Positions 24,001 to 39,000 of a DNA stretch of 64,000 nt are shown here, one piece after another (positions within the stretch are counted from its first letter, which is position 1; every line of letters starts with the position of its first letter). Below the pieces are notes generated by a model that saw only the letters and a list, made by a program, of their open reading frames with translations, was not told the origin of the DNA and made no database searches. A program made the translations under genes and the position numbers. The stretch is from Sphaerodactylus townsendi (lineage: Eukaryota), in contig NC_059425.1 in assembly GCF_021028975.2 (NCBI RefSeq), positions 170,934,001-170,998,000 of the forward strand. Reading direction: 5' to 3'.

Positions 24001-27000
24001 GTTTTAAATATATAAAATGCCACGTGAAACCAATTTCTGGAGTTATCAACATTAAAAAGACCAGTCAAAACAACAACAGGGAAAAAGATAAAACTATTAA
24101 TCTTTAACCTTCGCTTTGTGTTTTACTGCTGCAACATTTCTGTCTTGCCAATTACGCAGTCCAGGTTTTTTCAAGTTTTGTTCAATAGCCTGAAAGGGAG
24201 AAAAACCACTGTTTTAAACATGCTCAGATATTCCCAGATAAAATATAGTATTCTTACAGTGCAATCCTAGTACATAAAATGATATGCAATTAAGCCAACA
24301 AAATATGTGGTGTAAGCATGGTTCAAAGGCCAATTGAATTGTTGATCAAAGATGGCTAGGGAGAAAAACTTAAAAGGAGTATTACTAATACAGCAGATAG
24401 ACATCATAGTGACAACTGTATGTTAACTGACCTAACAGCAGATTCTAAAGCACCAAAAGAGACGATGCCATCCTAAAGAGAGTCATACCATTCTAAGTCC
24501 ATTGGCTTTAACTTTAATAGACTTACAGCCCAACTGGGCGGGGGGGGGGGATGTGAAGGCAACTGTGGAGGCAGTGCGGCCCTATGCAGGAGGATATACC
24601 CTCCCTGGGGAGCTTAACCCGGTGGAGGGACAAATCCACTGGAGGGTAGCTGCTATGTGGCGGGGGCATTTCTGGATGTCCTGTGGCCCCAGGCTCCAAC
24701 CTACGCCATCCTTTTGAAACTCTGTGGAGGGCTTTCTGGTGGCAGGGAAGGGATTTTTTTGGTCTTTTTTCCCCTCCCTGCACCATTGAAGAACCCTCTG
24801 GAGGTGATGGGATAGCACAGCAGCAGTGCTGCCCCCCACCCACCTGGGCTTCTGGATTGGGCTGTGTGAAGTTATTTTGTACTGAAGCTGCTGTTTAAAA
24901 GAACCTACATTTTGCTCTGTAACTTCTAAGTAACACCTGGCTAAAGAAACAAGAAACGCTTAAAAGAACTCTCTGTAACATCAATCTGAGAAGAAAGATC
25001 CTGAAATTAAACGTTCTGATTCTGTTTTACTGTTTTTTTAAAAAGTCTCACAGTGACTCTCTGTCAAGAGTACATAGTTTTGGAGGGAAAAGTGAGATCT
25101 CACAGTACTAAATTTCCCTCAGTGGTGGCAGCGTGACATTGCCTGACAGGATCAGCCTTGAAGGGCTTATGTGTGAGTGTGGAGTACGTGCCTCTGCCCT
25201 GGTGCTATTGGTCTCGGCTCTCCCTCAGCAAAATAGAGGGAAATAAACCATTACAGGGCAGTAAGGGTTCCCTTTTAGTGGTATCAAAGGGTGGGAATCC
25301 TTTTTAGTGGTGCCAGAGAGAAGGGACCCTGTTACAGGCTGTTAGAAGGGAATGGACTGTAAGATAATGAAGCACTGTGGATCACCACTTCAGCCTTTCT
25401 ATACCATGTTTTAATTATATGCATACACCTTTTCAGATTAATATGACCGTGGCATCATCATATTTTACGACTAATTTATGTCATAGAAGTGTCAGTACCT
25501 GAACAGGATCACATTTTCCTTCAGGGACGTCACTGTTGTGAGCTGGCTGGTCCTCGGTCTTCTTTTGTTTCACGAGATAGGTTTTCCCACTCACATCTGG
25601 GTTCTCCTTTAGGATAAACCATACTTAGTTAAAAACCGATTAAAGAGTGTGCTAGATAACAGCAGAAGGTAATTCCCTGTGTTCTGGATGCTCTGGAAAA
25701 TGTTAATGTGATTTTAAGAATTAAACGAAAATACTGTTAAAATAATGAAAATGAAATAAGGCAAACTCACAACCAAACATACGACAGAATGAAAAGACAT
25801 CTTTAAAAAGAACCCAGCCTAAATATAATTTCTGAAACTAAAAAACAAACTAAACTAAACAAACAAAATCTACATTCAGGGATATATAAAATTATTCCCC
25901 TAAGAATTTTTCTACTCAACTAAGCCAGAAAAAGTTGAAATTTGGCGATGCTTTACAAGTCTGATATGAAGTGTACATTACTGAATGTACAACATTCTCA
26001 CACAAAAGCAAGGGGATTGTAATTTCCATAGATTTCCCCTTTGAGTTGTATCCTTTTGCCAAATTTGTCACACCATTCTGAAAAATCTATGACCCCTCAG
26101 AGGAGGGCTGCAAAGGAAGGAGAAACAACAGGAAAGATCCATTCCTTAAACAGATCCACTCCCACTTCTCAGAAGGTAGCCCATAGCATTCTATTCAGTG
26201 GTCAGCATCCTATGATGATGGGGTCTTGCGGCAAGAATCTCATACTCTCTCTCTAAATGCTTAACAAGTTGCTACAACAGATAATTACAATATTTCAAGA
26301 ACTAGAACCGTTTTTAATCGACCATATTACCAATTTTTCACATTGTGGAAATCGAGGTATGGGAAAGACAGGATAAATATTTGGAGTAGGGAAATTTACC
26401 TCTAGTGTTTCTGCTCTAAGTTTAATTTCATTGATTTCACTTTGGTACTGTTGACGAATTTTCTGCAGCTCTTCTAGGTATTCCTGTTGAATTATCATCA
26501 GAGTTAAAAAGCAACTAAGCAGGCATGCTCCTTTAAACATAACACCATTAATATAAGAGACAGGCATGGATGGCACCATGTCCATCAGGATTGATCATCT
26601 GATTGCTGACAACTGGCTAAACTCAAAACCACATCCCCTTAGGGAATGTGCCTTACATTACACTTTCTCAAGCATCATAAAGATCTGAATTGGACAACAT
26701 ACTTTATAACTAACTGGACTAGACTAGAAAATATCTGACAAAGGGAGGTTTGACTCTTGAAAGCTTATATCCCAGAAATCATGTTGTTCTTTAAGCTGCT
26801 ACAAGGCTCAAATCTTGCTCTGCAAAGAAATATGTGTCTCATAGACTTTTTGTAGCTTCACACAGATAAATATTTGGATATTACCTTATTAAGCTTGCAG
26901 TGCAATCTTAAGCAGAGATACACTCTCCTAAACCCACGGATTTTGAAGGATACATCTATGATTAGGATTGCATTGCTGACATCAGGTTAGCTGCATTATA

Positions 27001-30000
27001 AATTGAGTTGTTTAAAGAAGTTTTACAGTTTCCTCAAACTTTATCCAAGTACAGAACTAATGCTGTACAGAGCAAATTGCTGAGAGCAATGCAATTCCTC
27101 TTTCTCACCTGTTCTTTCATTTCATTTTTTTTAGAATTAGGTTTTTGCCAGACTTTAAGTTTCTCTTCCTTTATTTCCTGATTTTGCATCTCATGATAGC
27201 GGGGATCAGCAGATGATGGTCGCAGCCCCTAATGATTTGGAAAATATAACACTAACATATGAAAAGGATTTTCTTTCCTTTAACAAAACCACCCCACTGA
27301 ACACATAGATTAAAATGTACACAGTCACAGCAGCTTTTCATGTTGACACATTTTAAAAAGCATTCCCCTGGGATTCCTGCAATAATTATTCACAGAATTT
27401 TTACTACTTTATCTATTATAATTTATACACTCATTTCATGAATCGATGTTGGCTTACAAGCTGCTTCTCTACTTTTATCTTGTATTGCTGGGCATTGAAT
27501 CGTCTTTGAAGGTAATCTGCAGGCCTAAAATAAAGCAGAAACATTGATTGAGGAACTGAAAGGAAGATGAATAATAATAATAATAATAAGAGTTGGATTT
27601 ATATCCCCCTTTTCTCTCCTGTGAGACTCAAAGGGGCTTGCAAACTCCTTTCCTCTCCCCACTCACAACAAACACCCTGTGAGGTAGTGGGGACTGTGAG
27701 AACTCCAAAGAACTGTGACTAGTCCAAAGTCACCCAGCTGGCCTGTGTTGGAGTGCACAAGCTAATCTAGTTCCCCAGATAAGCCTCCACAGTTCAAGTG
27801 GCAGAGTGGGGAATCAAACCTGGTTCTCCAGATTAGACTGCACCTGGTTCTCCAGATTAGACTGCACCTGCTCTTAACCACTACACTACACTGGCTCTCC
27901 ATAAAATAAGGTATTTTATGTTAAACTGCTGATTTCCCATACACTCCATGTAATATAAAAAACTGCATTAAAATGTTCCATTTTGCATCTCTGTTTTGGG
28001 TTATGAATGACCTAATAATTCCAGGATGCCTCTACTTGAAATTAGCTGGCTACTGCCTGTATCAGCTACATATTTATTTACTTAGATTTTTGCGCCGCCC
28101 TCCCCAGAAGGGCTCAGGGTGGCTTACAATAGTGAACAACATATAAATTTGATCAAATAAACAATAAAACACCTAAAGCAGTTTAAGACAGTTATAGCAG
28201 TTCTAAAAAAGCCCGAATCTAATCTAGTTAAAACAATATAAAAAAGTTATAGTAGGTAAAATCCAATCCACTCTGGTTTAAATACATTTAAATTAAAATC
28301 AATTAAAAGCTCAATTTCAAATCAAAGTTAAAATAAGGTTGGCAACAGATGCCATTCAAAACAATAGGGATTCAGGATCTGGCCCAGTACAAGTGCAATT
28401 AAGTTGCAACATATTTCAAAGTACACATTATAAATAAAATTGCTGACTTTCAGTTGCATTTTGGGGTCTCAGCTCTGAACATTCCCAGGCTTAGGTTGGG
28501 TATGGAATTAGGCTGAGGAGTTGGAATAAACTAATACAGTCGTGCAGATTCTTATACAGCTAGGAGTTCCTGTTCCAGCTAGGGGTAATTACTTATATAA
28601 ACACTCGAGAAAAGACACTAGTACCAATGAGATGGTGGTGGTGGTGGTTCTTGTCCTTTCTCCATAAAATAATCTTCCATTCTTTGGCTAATAGGAGGAC
28701 AGTCGTCTTCCCCAAAGGCCCTCTCTCGCAGCTTGTCAAGTTTTTCATAATAATGGTTATAGGGCCGACACATTTTGACAACTTCTGGCTTCCCGTACAA
28801 CTTAAACTTGGGGTTCCTGTGCTGAAAACGTATCACCAATGAGAAAGACAATAAACCCAAAACTCCAGATTTGAATGTTTCTCGATTTTGGTAACAATAT
28901 ATAGGCTTAGTGAATGGCCTGGGAGCACTCAATTGTATGTCATTGTTCAAAGGAAGTCTACAATTGATCAGTGCTTGGATTAAGACTACTGAGAGACTTA
29001 TTTGTTTATTTTAACCCAGACTTTTATCCTGCCTGTCTATTAAAGTCAGGGGTGAAGCGCTCACGAGGACACATGGGGTGTCCTCTTCCCTTGGCCCTGC
29101 CCCACCAGGCTGCTCCTTCAGCCGGCGGAGCCTCCACTGGCCGAAGGAGCAGCCTGGTGGGGCCAGGTCAAGGGGTGGCCCACAGCAGGCTTCCACCAGC
29201 TAAGGTAAGTGGGGCACGGGAGGGGGGGGGTGTTGCCCCGGGCGCCATTTCCCCACTCACATGCCTCTGATTAAAGTAACATCAAGGTAGTGATACTCAA
29301 CATGCAAACTATTTTGACCTTTCTAAGGAAGAGTGAGACAAAAATAATGTAAACAAATAAGCATGTCTTTCCTAGTCTCTTCAGTATTTGATCCAAAATG
29401 CAGTTCTACATATGGAAGGAGTCTATGAACAAAGGGTACATTTAATTCTAATGGCCAAAACATTCAAGTGATTTCCAGCACTTCTTCTCTATTTTTAAAG
29501 TAATACTATCAACTACCATGGCCTGACAAAAGTCTAAACTACGAAGTCAACAACTTCTTAAAAATATTCCCTAACCTGTTACATTCATCCAGCCTGGCTT
29601 CTATGTAGGAAAATACAGACTTTTCTCCTTAATTTATTAATGTTATTTACTGAAACATGTATATCTCACCTCTCCTTCCGGCACAAAGAAGCTTACAAAT
29701 CATAACTAAAAATATCACTATTTAAAATCAACTCCCCCCCCCCCCCCCCCGCAAATAATCTCCTCCACCCAAAAGATACATGCAGTTTATATTCCATCAA
29801 AGCCTGGCAAATAAAATGGCTTTATAGCAGCAACATTTCTAAAGGTGGGTGCCCCCCCACCCCCCGCCCCACCTCCTTGGGAAGCCTGTTCCACGAGTGG
29901 GAGCGATAATGGAAAGGCACAGGCTCTGGCTGATTCCAGGGAGACTACCTTAAGTGTGGAAGCAACTAGCAGAGGGCAGCCTGAGGACTGCAGTTGACAG

Positions 30001-33000
30001 ATGAGAGGACAGACTATGCAGGACTCTGAAGGTCATGAATAGCACCTTAAACTGAACTCTGAAATAAACTGGCAGCCAATGGAACTGTTTTAAAACAAGC
30101 AGGTTACATTCCCACTGGCTAGCTGCTGATGGTAATCAGGCTGCCGCATTCTGAACCAGCCGCAGTGTCTGGGTTGTCTTCAAGGGCAGCTCAACCCAGA
30201 GCATATTACAGTAGTCCAACTGCAAGGTTACAGAATCATAGACCAGCATGGCTAGATCATTTGAATCCAAGAAGGGTGAGAATTGGCAACCAGCTGAAGA
30301 TGATGGAAGGCACTCTTAAGTCACTCTGCCACTCTCTTTTTCAAACAGCAAGGCTGTGCCCAAGCTCTTACCCTGCTCCGTAAATGCCAACTCCACTCCA
30401 TCCACTACAAGTGGGTACAAATCATTAGCCCTCCAGAATTCACAGTCACTTAATTAAGAAAAACTTGACTTGAAAACTTGATTAGCCTTCTCAGGCAAAC
30501 ATCATTATTGTTACTTATTGCTGCAAGGCAGAAGCAAGTAGCCCAAAAGAAACCATAGTGAAATTTTTAATTACCTGGATAATGGGATCCTGGAGTCTTG
30601 AAGGAGATTTGCGTTCATTTTTACATAATATTTTTTGTTTTCCAGCCTGCACCTCCATCTTGGGTCTTGGAGGATGATGATCATGGATTTTTAATTTCTG
30701 AACTTTAGGAGCTGATTTAAGAATATAATTAAAATATTTGTATAATCATGCTTAAAACGCATTATATAGTTATGACACAAAAGCCTTAGACTGAATGGCC
30801 TCCATTAACAGAACTAAGGGTCATATCCTCTTTCCGCCATGGAAACTTGCTGACTCACTTTGAGCCTATGACAATCTCTCAGCCTAAACTACCTCACAGG
30901 ATTGTTGTGAGAATTAAATCGAGTTGAAGAGGCCACCCTATATTCCTTGGAGGACAGGCAGAATAAAAATGCAGTGAATAAATGATTTACACATATGCAA
31001 TATGGCTGTGTAACTTGTGACTAATGTGCAAACAACACAGACGCTGTCATTTAGCCTGTGATAATTTTACGTGTTGCACTGATATGCCTAAAAAAGGCAA
31101 TAGGAAAAAAAAGAATACCCTGAACGAATGCAAAAAGGGCATAAAAGTAAAAGACGGTACATCAAAAGTAGGGGTATACTGTAAATTGCGAACTGAAAAG
31201 ATTACCTGAACTCACATTGTGGAAAAAAAAATAATACTCAATTCATCCATAAGATGTATATAAATGCATACAAAAATGGACAGTATGTTTAAATATATAA
31301 TACATCAAGGAGGAGCCATATGTCTTAAAGTCTTTTGATGTATACTTATACTGACCATTTTTCTGTGTATTTATACACTTCATATGGGTACACTGAATAT
31401 TATTTATAATCATATGCTTGTCACATTTTTTTTCATATTGTGGGTTCATATCGTTTTCTAAATTTGCAGGTTACAGTGCATCACTTGATGTACCTTGTTT
31501 TGGCATGCCTGTAAAAGACATGGAAGGGAAGGCGGCATGGTTCAGCCCGATCTCATCAGATCTCAGAAGCTAAGCAAGGTCAGTACTAGGAGCAGCAGTG
31601 GCATAGTGGTTAAGAGCAGGTGCATTCTAATCTGGAGGAACCGGGTTTGATTCCCTGCTCTGCCGCCTGAGCTGTGGAGGCTTATCTGGGGAATTCAGGT
31701 TAGCCTGTACACTCCCACACACGCCAGCTGGGTGACCTTGGGCTAGTCACAGCTTTTCGGAGCTCTCTCAGCCCCACCTACCTCACAGGGTGTTTGTTGT
31801 GAGGGGGGAAGGGCAAGGAGATTGTAAGCCCCTTTGAGTCTCCTACAGGAGAGAAAGGGGCGATATAAATCCAAACTCTTCTTCTTCTTCTAAGCAAGGT
31901 CAGTACTTGGACAAGAGACCTTAGAGCCGTGGTGGCGAACCTTTGACACTCCAGATGTTATGGACTACAATTCCCATCAGCCTCTGCCAGCATGGCCAAT
32001 TGTAGGGGCTGATGGGAATTGTAGTCCATAACATCTGGAGTGCCAAAGGTTCGCCACCACTGCCTTAGAGGAAGGCTGTGCAGAGGAAGGCACTGACAAA
32101 CCTCCTCTGCTTCTCACCTGCCTCGAAAGCCCCGTGCTGTGGTTGCCATGAGTCAGTTGCAACTTGATGACACTCATGTACACATAAAACACATGTCCAA
32201 TCCATGGTCACGGGTTTTTTTTTTAGGTAAAAGTGTAACAAACCTGCTTTTAGTTCAATGTCATCAATGTGAACAGCAAACACACTTTCATCATACTAGT
32301 GAAAACCTGGACAAGCTAACTTTGCTATTGCGCTTCTCCTTAAGGCACAGAGCTTCTGATCCTACTTCTCACTTTCAGTACTTGCAAACGGACACCACAT
32401 CTAGAAATCTCAAGCGCCAGAGAGGCTCATAAGCTTAAATGCTTTGATGAGTGTAGCCTTGCACTTTTCTTTAAGGACTAAGTGGATGCCATTTACCCAT
32501 CTTGGGTCATCTTTACTCATGCCATGTATTCATCTTTGGGTCTTGAAATCTGTCATATTGACTCAGAGCCAGTCTCAATTGAAAATAAACATGTTTTATG
32601 AATATGTGCATTTCAATGCTCTATAAAAACCTTTGGTTGTAACAACTTACCAGATGACAATGAAGCTAGAGGTCTTTTACTGTGAATAACAGTGTGGCTG
32701 AACTCTTCTTCCATTACCTACAAGCAAATAACAGACACCGACAAACACATTTATCTTTTTGTTGTATGTACGCTGATCCAGATATGTCCCATACAGTGAT
32801 CTGACTAAGCCACAAGCTCCTTCTGGCAGCCTAAGGTGGGACACGCTAAAACCTTGTATTTATTTTTTCACATGGAAAGCTGCATTACTCACAGGAAAAC
32901 TCTATCCTTTGCTAAACATCTCCCTAGACACCACGCAGAATGCACAGAGGACAAATGAAACAGGAGGCACCAAGACAGGGAAAATGTGAACAAGTGGTAT

Positions 33001-36000
33001 GAAACTAAGAAAGGAGGAGATAGCTTATATCCTTCTATTGGGCTGTACTTCCTGGTACAGCATCAGACACACTTACCTTTGGAGATAAATGTTTCTTTAT
33101 TCGCTTCTCCAAGAAGGGCTTTTTCAATATGGAGTTGATAGAGGGGCGATTTCTTGGAGCTGTTTTAAACAACTGGGATATTAAAATTCTTAAGTCATAT
33201 GAGTACTTTGTAGACACCGGCACAAAATGGCCTCTGCAGATCCTCAGCATGAGCTGGTGTAAACTTGTGCCTTCGAACTGTTAAGATACATTCCAAAAAT
33301 AGTAAGTTGCCACATGTTGTCACCCTGTGCTAATGTAAATACAAATTTTAGCAGACAGCCAAATATGAAAAGGAGCCATGGCCTGCTCTTTAGCAAGGCC
33401 TTCCAATCAATTGGGCTAGCTTTACTCATCCTCATTTGTGATGTCCTCTCCTTTAATCTCAAATGCTTATGACTACTTTGTAGGTAATATGAATTCCTAC
33501 ACGTATGCCAACCAGCCTATCCCTACATGTATGCCAACCAGCTGGAAAAAATCGAACAATCTGCAACTGGGGGATATCAGGTTTTATCCATTATATATAA
33601 AAAATCTAGCCATCCTGTTGTAGAAAAGAGTTAAAAGTGTGTGGATAGCATCCACTAAAGACTCAGTTGGGAGGATTACAGCAACTAAGAATTAAGATTT
33701 CTCAATCCCTAGCCTCCTTTCCTTTCTGCTACTCCCACCTTCATATCCCATGTCTTCTATTGCCTTGTACTATAAACAGTTTTCCTCCAATCCGAATTTG
33801 CAACAAACTGAAGTATTGCACTAAGAAAGTAAGCTAGGTAAGTGAATGCAACTCACACACAATGTGCATCATTTTCAAAGTATATAATTTGCATTTCACT
33901 GGTTATTCTAGACTCATATTTAATTTGTGGTTCTCTGCCATGTTTTGTCTCCAAAGGACCTGCATACACAAGTTCCCAAAATGTCTTTAAGTATCTTTAG
34001 GATTGTACACATCCATTAACCTGTTTCAATTCTGATTTCAACAGGTGTCCACAACTGGATGGATGCCAATTTGCAGAAAAAGGGTTGGATCCCACCAAAC
34101 ATTACCACTGATAGGGGGATATTTGTCAATTCCTCCCTCCTACTGGAAACCTTCAATTCTTAATGCTGTTCTTGGGTTCCCCTATCCCTCAGGAGCAGGG
34201 GAGCATTTGGACTGCAGCTGAAGAGGGGGAAATGAGAAAGTCACACTGCACTGATGGAAAGCCTTATGCCAGCAATAATTTTTGGCAGGATTCACATGAA
34301 AAATATCAGTATAAATATACCTTAAACCAGAGGAGAATCATCATTACACACAAACAAGGGGAAATCATTCTACACTCACAGTGTTTTCACACACCATTAC
34401 TTTGTAAATAACCCTGTTAAACGCTACCTGTGATAAGTGACTTTTTATTATATCGCCTACAACGTTGGCTTAAGAAATGAGAGCACCTCTTCCCATATGA
34501 CATCTGGAAATAGGGTTTTCCGTGCCAAATCTACAAACCCGTCTTCCTAAATGGTCCACAGAACAGCACTTATCTAATCTGGTTTCAACAGCCATCACTG
34601 AAAGGCCACAATGGAGCCATCTCCAGTTATAATATTATGTTCAATGACACGTGACTAATCAACTTATAAAAATACTTACAGGATGTTTTAAAGTACAGAG
34701 CTCATATAAGACACATCCAAGAGACCATATATCTCTGTAAATGGAAACAATCAATGTATCAGTGAAAACTGAATCTAGCAACACAACAAAGGTAGCTCTG
34801 AGTTCAGTGACATGATTCACAACATTCAATTGTACACAAACTAAATTGGATTTACAGTATCATGTGAATGCTATTTCCTAATAACAGAGCTGGACCCATA
34901 ACATGTTACTGTTTCTAGACAGCTAATTATAGCATTTAGAAAGAAATGTTCTTTCCAAAATGGCTAAAAAACCCAAAAAACAAAACAGAACAAAAAGTTC
35001 CATCATTTGCAAGCCAACATTATAAGCCCAATCTAAATATTTATAATAAAAAGCTGAACATGGCAAGGTATGTTCATTTGACAGTTGCAATAAACAAACT
35101 GAAAGTTTTAAAAAATCTGTGGTGGGAGTTGCCATATTGGAAAATGGCGCAGATAATTTCTTCATGAGATTGGAAAAACTGTTTCAGATTTTTGGACAAT
35201 CTTCTGGTATTTAGAAACATTCTGATACTTACGTTTTATTGTTATATGGGCAGTTCTCACAGATTTCAGGAGACAGGTAGTATGGTGTTCCTACACAGGT
35301 ACAAGCAAATTCCATAGTACTAAAGAAAAGTGATTAAAAAATCATGTGTCTGAACAAAAGAAAGTGTCTGAAGGAATTCAAAAGGTTTAATTCATTTGAA
35401 AAATGGTGGGTAGCCATACTGTATTGTACAAAAATTACATTTGTTGCAAATTTTTGGTTTTTTAGGAAATATCGACATTACTGAGTTTGTGTCCTTTCCA
35501 AAATAGTACAAAATTACAGATTTTCTTCCACAATCTTTTAAAAAATCCTTAATTGAATCAGATGTATTACCACAATCCACTAAGAGAGAGATTAATGCCA
35601 CCTACCCATTGTAGTGTAGTGGTTAAGAGCAAGTGGATTCTAATCTGGAGAACTGGGTTTGATTCCCCACTCCTCCACCTGAGCGGCAGAGGATTATCTG
35701 GTGAACCAGATGTATTTCCGCACTCCTACATTCCTGCTGGGTGACCTTAGGCTAGTCACAGTTCTTCGGAACTCTCTCAGCCCCACCTACCTCATGAGGT
35801 GTTTGTTGTGGGAACAGGAAGAGCAAGGAAGCCACCTTGAGTCTCCTTACAGGAGAGAAAGGTGGGATATAAATCCAAACTCTTCTTCTAATGTGAAAAG
35901 CAATAATTCATACTGAACTGACACTGTCCATTTTTTTCTCTATCTCAATATGCTATGGAACAAAGTCATCATTTAAAAACCTATCATCAACGACAGAGCA

Positions 36001-39000
36001 TGCTTACTCGCTTAATGTTCTTGCAATCCCAAAGTCTCCAAGTTTTGCTATCATTCCATTATTGCTGAGAAAAATATTCTGCAAAAAACAATATGTCATG
36101 CTGAAAACAGTATTAAATTTTTTGGCTTGATAAGGAATGAAAAATGAGCTCTAAAAATCACCTGTGCTTTTACATCTCTATGTAAAATCTTCCTGTCATG
36201 TATATGCTTTAGTCCTAAAGATATCTGTACAAACCAATCCAGGATCTATGTGCAAAAAAAAATACAAAATACACAACATCTTTTAGATCACTAACATTTC
36301 AATAGGACTAGACAAAAAAGGAACAAAAAACAAAATAAGAAATCTTTTTTCTAAAGCTCAGTAAAAAGTGGAATATTATTAGGTTAATACTATTAGGTTA
36401 CAAAAAATACAATCTATAGTTGCGGTCCTTATACCAGAAACACACCTATTAGCTACAATGACAGTTCTACTTGTATAAAGGATAATAAAATCCAACAGCA
36501 ATTGGACCATGTCCAGTTTAAAGCATATTCACACCAATAGTTTAACAGTGCAGTCTTTAAAAGAGTTACACTTTTCCAAGTGCATTGGACTGCACTGTGG
36601 CATTGGTGGTGGTGTTGCAAAAGCAGCACTGCATCACCTCTGACAGGCTTTCCAAAGATGCTGGGAGGGAGAAAAAAGCAAAACCCCTCCCTGGCACTGG
36701 AAAGCACAACACTGGGGCAATGGACAGCCAGTGTGGCGTAGTGGATAACAGAAGGTGCACTCTAATCTGGAGAATCGGGTTTGATTCCCCACTCTGCAAC
36801 TTGAGCTGTAGAGGCTTATCTGGTGCCAGCTGGGTGACCTTGGGCTAGTCCAGGGGTAGGGAACCTGCGGCTCTCCAGATGTTCAGGAACTACAATTCCC
36901 ATCAGCCCCTACCAGCATGGCCAATTGGCCATGCTGACAGAGGCTGATGGGAATTGACAGAGGCTGACAGAGGCTGATGGGAATTGTAGTTCCTGAACAT
37001 CTGGAGAGCCGCAGGTTCCCTACCCCTGGGCTAGTCACAGTTCTTTGGAGGTCTCTCAGCCCCACCTACCTCACAAGGTGTTTGGTGTGGAGGAGAAGGG
37101 AAGGGAAGTGAGTTTGTAACCCCCTTTGAGTCTCCTTACAGGAGAGAAAGGGAGGATATAGATCCAAACTCTTCTTCTTCTTAATGCCATCAAGTTCAAG
37201 GGCAGGGCTGTGGCGCAATTAACCACAAACGTGGCGTGGAAACTGACTAATGTCGGTTCCAGCCCCAGGAATGCCCTAGCACCCCCACCACCCCCACCAC
37301 CACACACACACACACACACACAGCTTTGTCACAGTCAGGACTTCTGGCTTTTGTTTTATTTATTTGCTTTCTGTGATGAATACATGAGGGATGGAATGGG
37401 GAAAAACACTTCTTCAAAATCTTCATAATCCTACCTTGTCTTCTTCAAACAATATGCCACGCTGTTGCTTTATCTTCTTCATTAGATCACCTCCACTGCA
37501 GTACTCCATGATAATATATAGCTTATCTTTCTCTACAATAAAATATACTGTGTTTTAAATATGCTTTTGCATTTATAAACAAATCAATCAACTGCTTTCA
37601 CCACAGCTGTCAATCAACACAAAACAAGATGCAGCTATATTGTTTCTTTTTAATAGCCATTCTGTTAAAATCTGTTTTATACTATTCAATATTTACATTC
37701 ACAACTATTTCAAGAAACAAGTGTGACCAAGCAGTCTGTTAAAGCCACAAGAGCAAAAGTCATTAAGAAATAGCTGACTGTCAGAAGGTAGTTGAAGCCA
37801 ATGCCAGATAGGCCCCTTCCGCACATGTAGAACAATCCACTTTCACAGATGTTTGCAAGTGGATTTTGCTATTCCACACAGCTGCAAAGTGCATTGAAAG
37901 TGGACTGAAAATGCATTACTCTGCATGTGCGGAAGGGGCCATAGAGTTGCCAACCTCCAACAACCAATCTTCAAGTGACAGAGATAAGTGTAGAGAAAAT
38001 GGCCTTTCTGAAAGGTGGACTCTATGCTATTATACCCCAATGAAGTCCCTCCCCAACCCCATCCTTAGGCTCCACCCTCAAAATCACCAAGTATTTCCCA
38101 GCCCAGAGCTGGCAACTCTAGAAGCAGACCAGGAATACTCACTCCATTATTTACTTCATAATAAAATGAATTTGCCTCAAAGTAACGTAAGTTGTGAAGG
38201 GAGACGACACTTGAATGGGAGGGGAGCCAGAAATTACCTCATCACATTGTCAGCCTTCAAAAGCAAGAGCTCATCTATTTTATTTGTGAAGTACACAAAA
38301 AGCTTCAGAAAACAAACCAGACCTATAACACAAAGTCAATTGTTCAGGCAAGGCCTTGGGGCAGGGGTCTGCAACGTGTGGCTCTCCAGATGTCCATGGA
38401 TTACAAATCCCATCAGCCCCTGCCAGCATGGCCAATTGATCATTCTGGCAGGGGCTGATGGGAATTGTAATCCATGAACATCTGGAGAGCTGCAGGTTGC
38501 AGACCCCTGCCTTAGGGTAACTTGGAAGAAAAGAAGGCTACCAGGTTCCGTCACAGCGCACACATACACCAATTGTTCCCAGGTATTTAATTTCTCACTA
38601 CTAGGGAAAAAACATTTAAAGTGGATTTTTTTAATGAAATAACAACCACAGATTAAAAAGGAGACCTTGAAGTGAAGAGTAGAAGGCTACTATATTGGGA
38701 TGCTTCATCTTGGCCAGGAGAGCAACTTCTTCCTTAGAGGATTCTTTTTGTTTCCTCGGCATCTAAATTAGTTTAGAAATAAGTTAATGAAGATGGAAAA
38801 TTCCTATTCATCCAACTATTACGTAAGTGGCAATCATGATAAACGCTATGACCATGGTTAAGGGCGTTGTTCCCCTGTGACAGGTTCACTTATCTGAGCC
38901 AAGCCTTCTGAAGGTGATATCCTGCAAATAGATCAGACTGGCAACTGTTCCATTCATGCACTGTTTCTGTGGTGGCTCCGCCTCCGAGCTAGTGGAATGG

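Larger units (their letters stand above)
31535..32175 (+). mobile_element. 5S rRNA-derived SINE with RTE-like tail, split by two insertions
   Basis: gcccgatctcatcagatctcagaagctaagcaagg head; tail gccatgagtcagttgcaacttga. Confidence 0.7.

Noticed and set aside
37866-38477. 203-aa ORF
   Set aside because: Runs through several unrelated repeats antisense in a NEK5 intron with no recognisable domain
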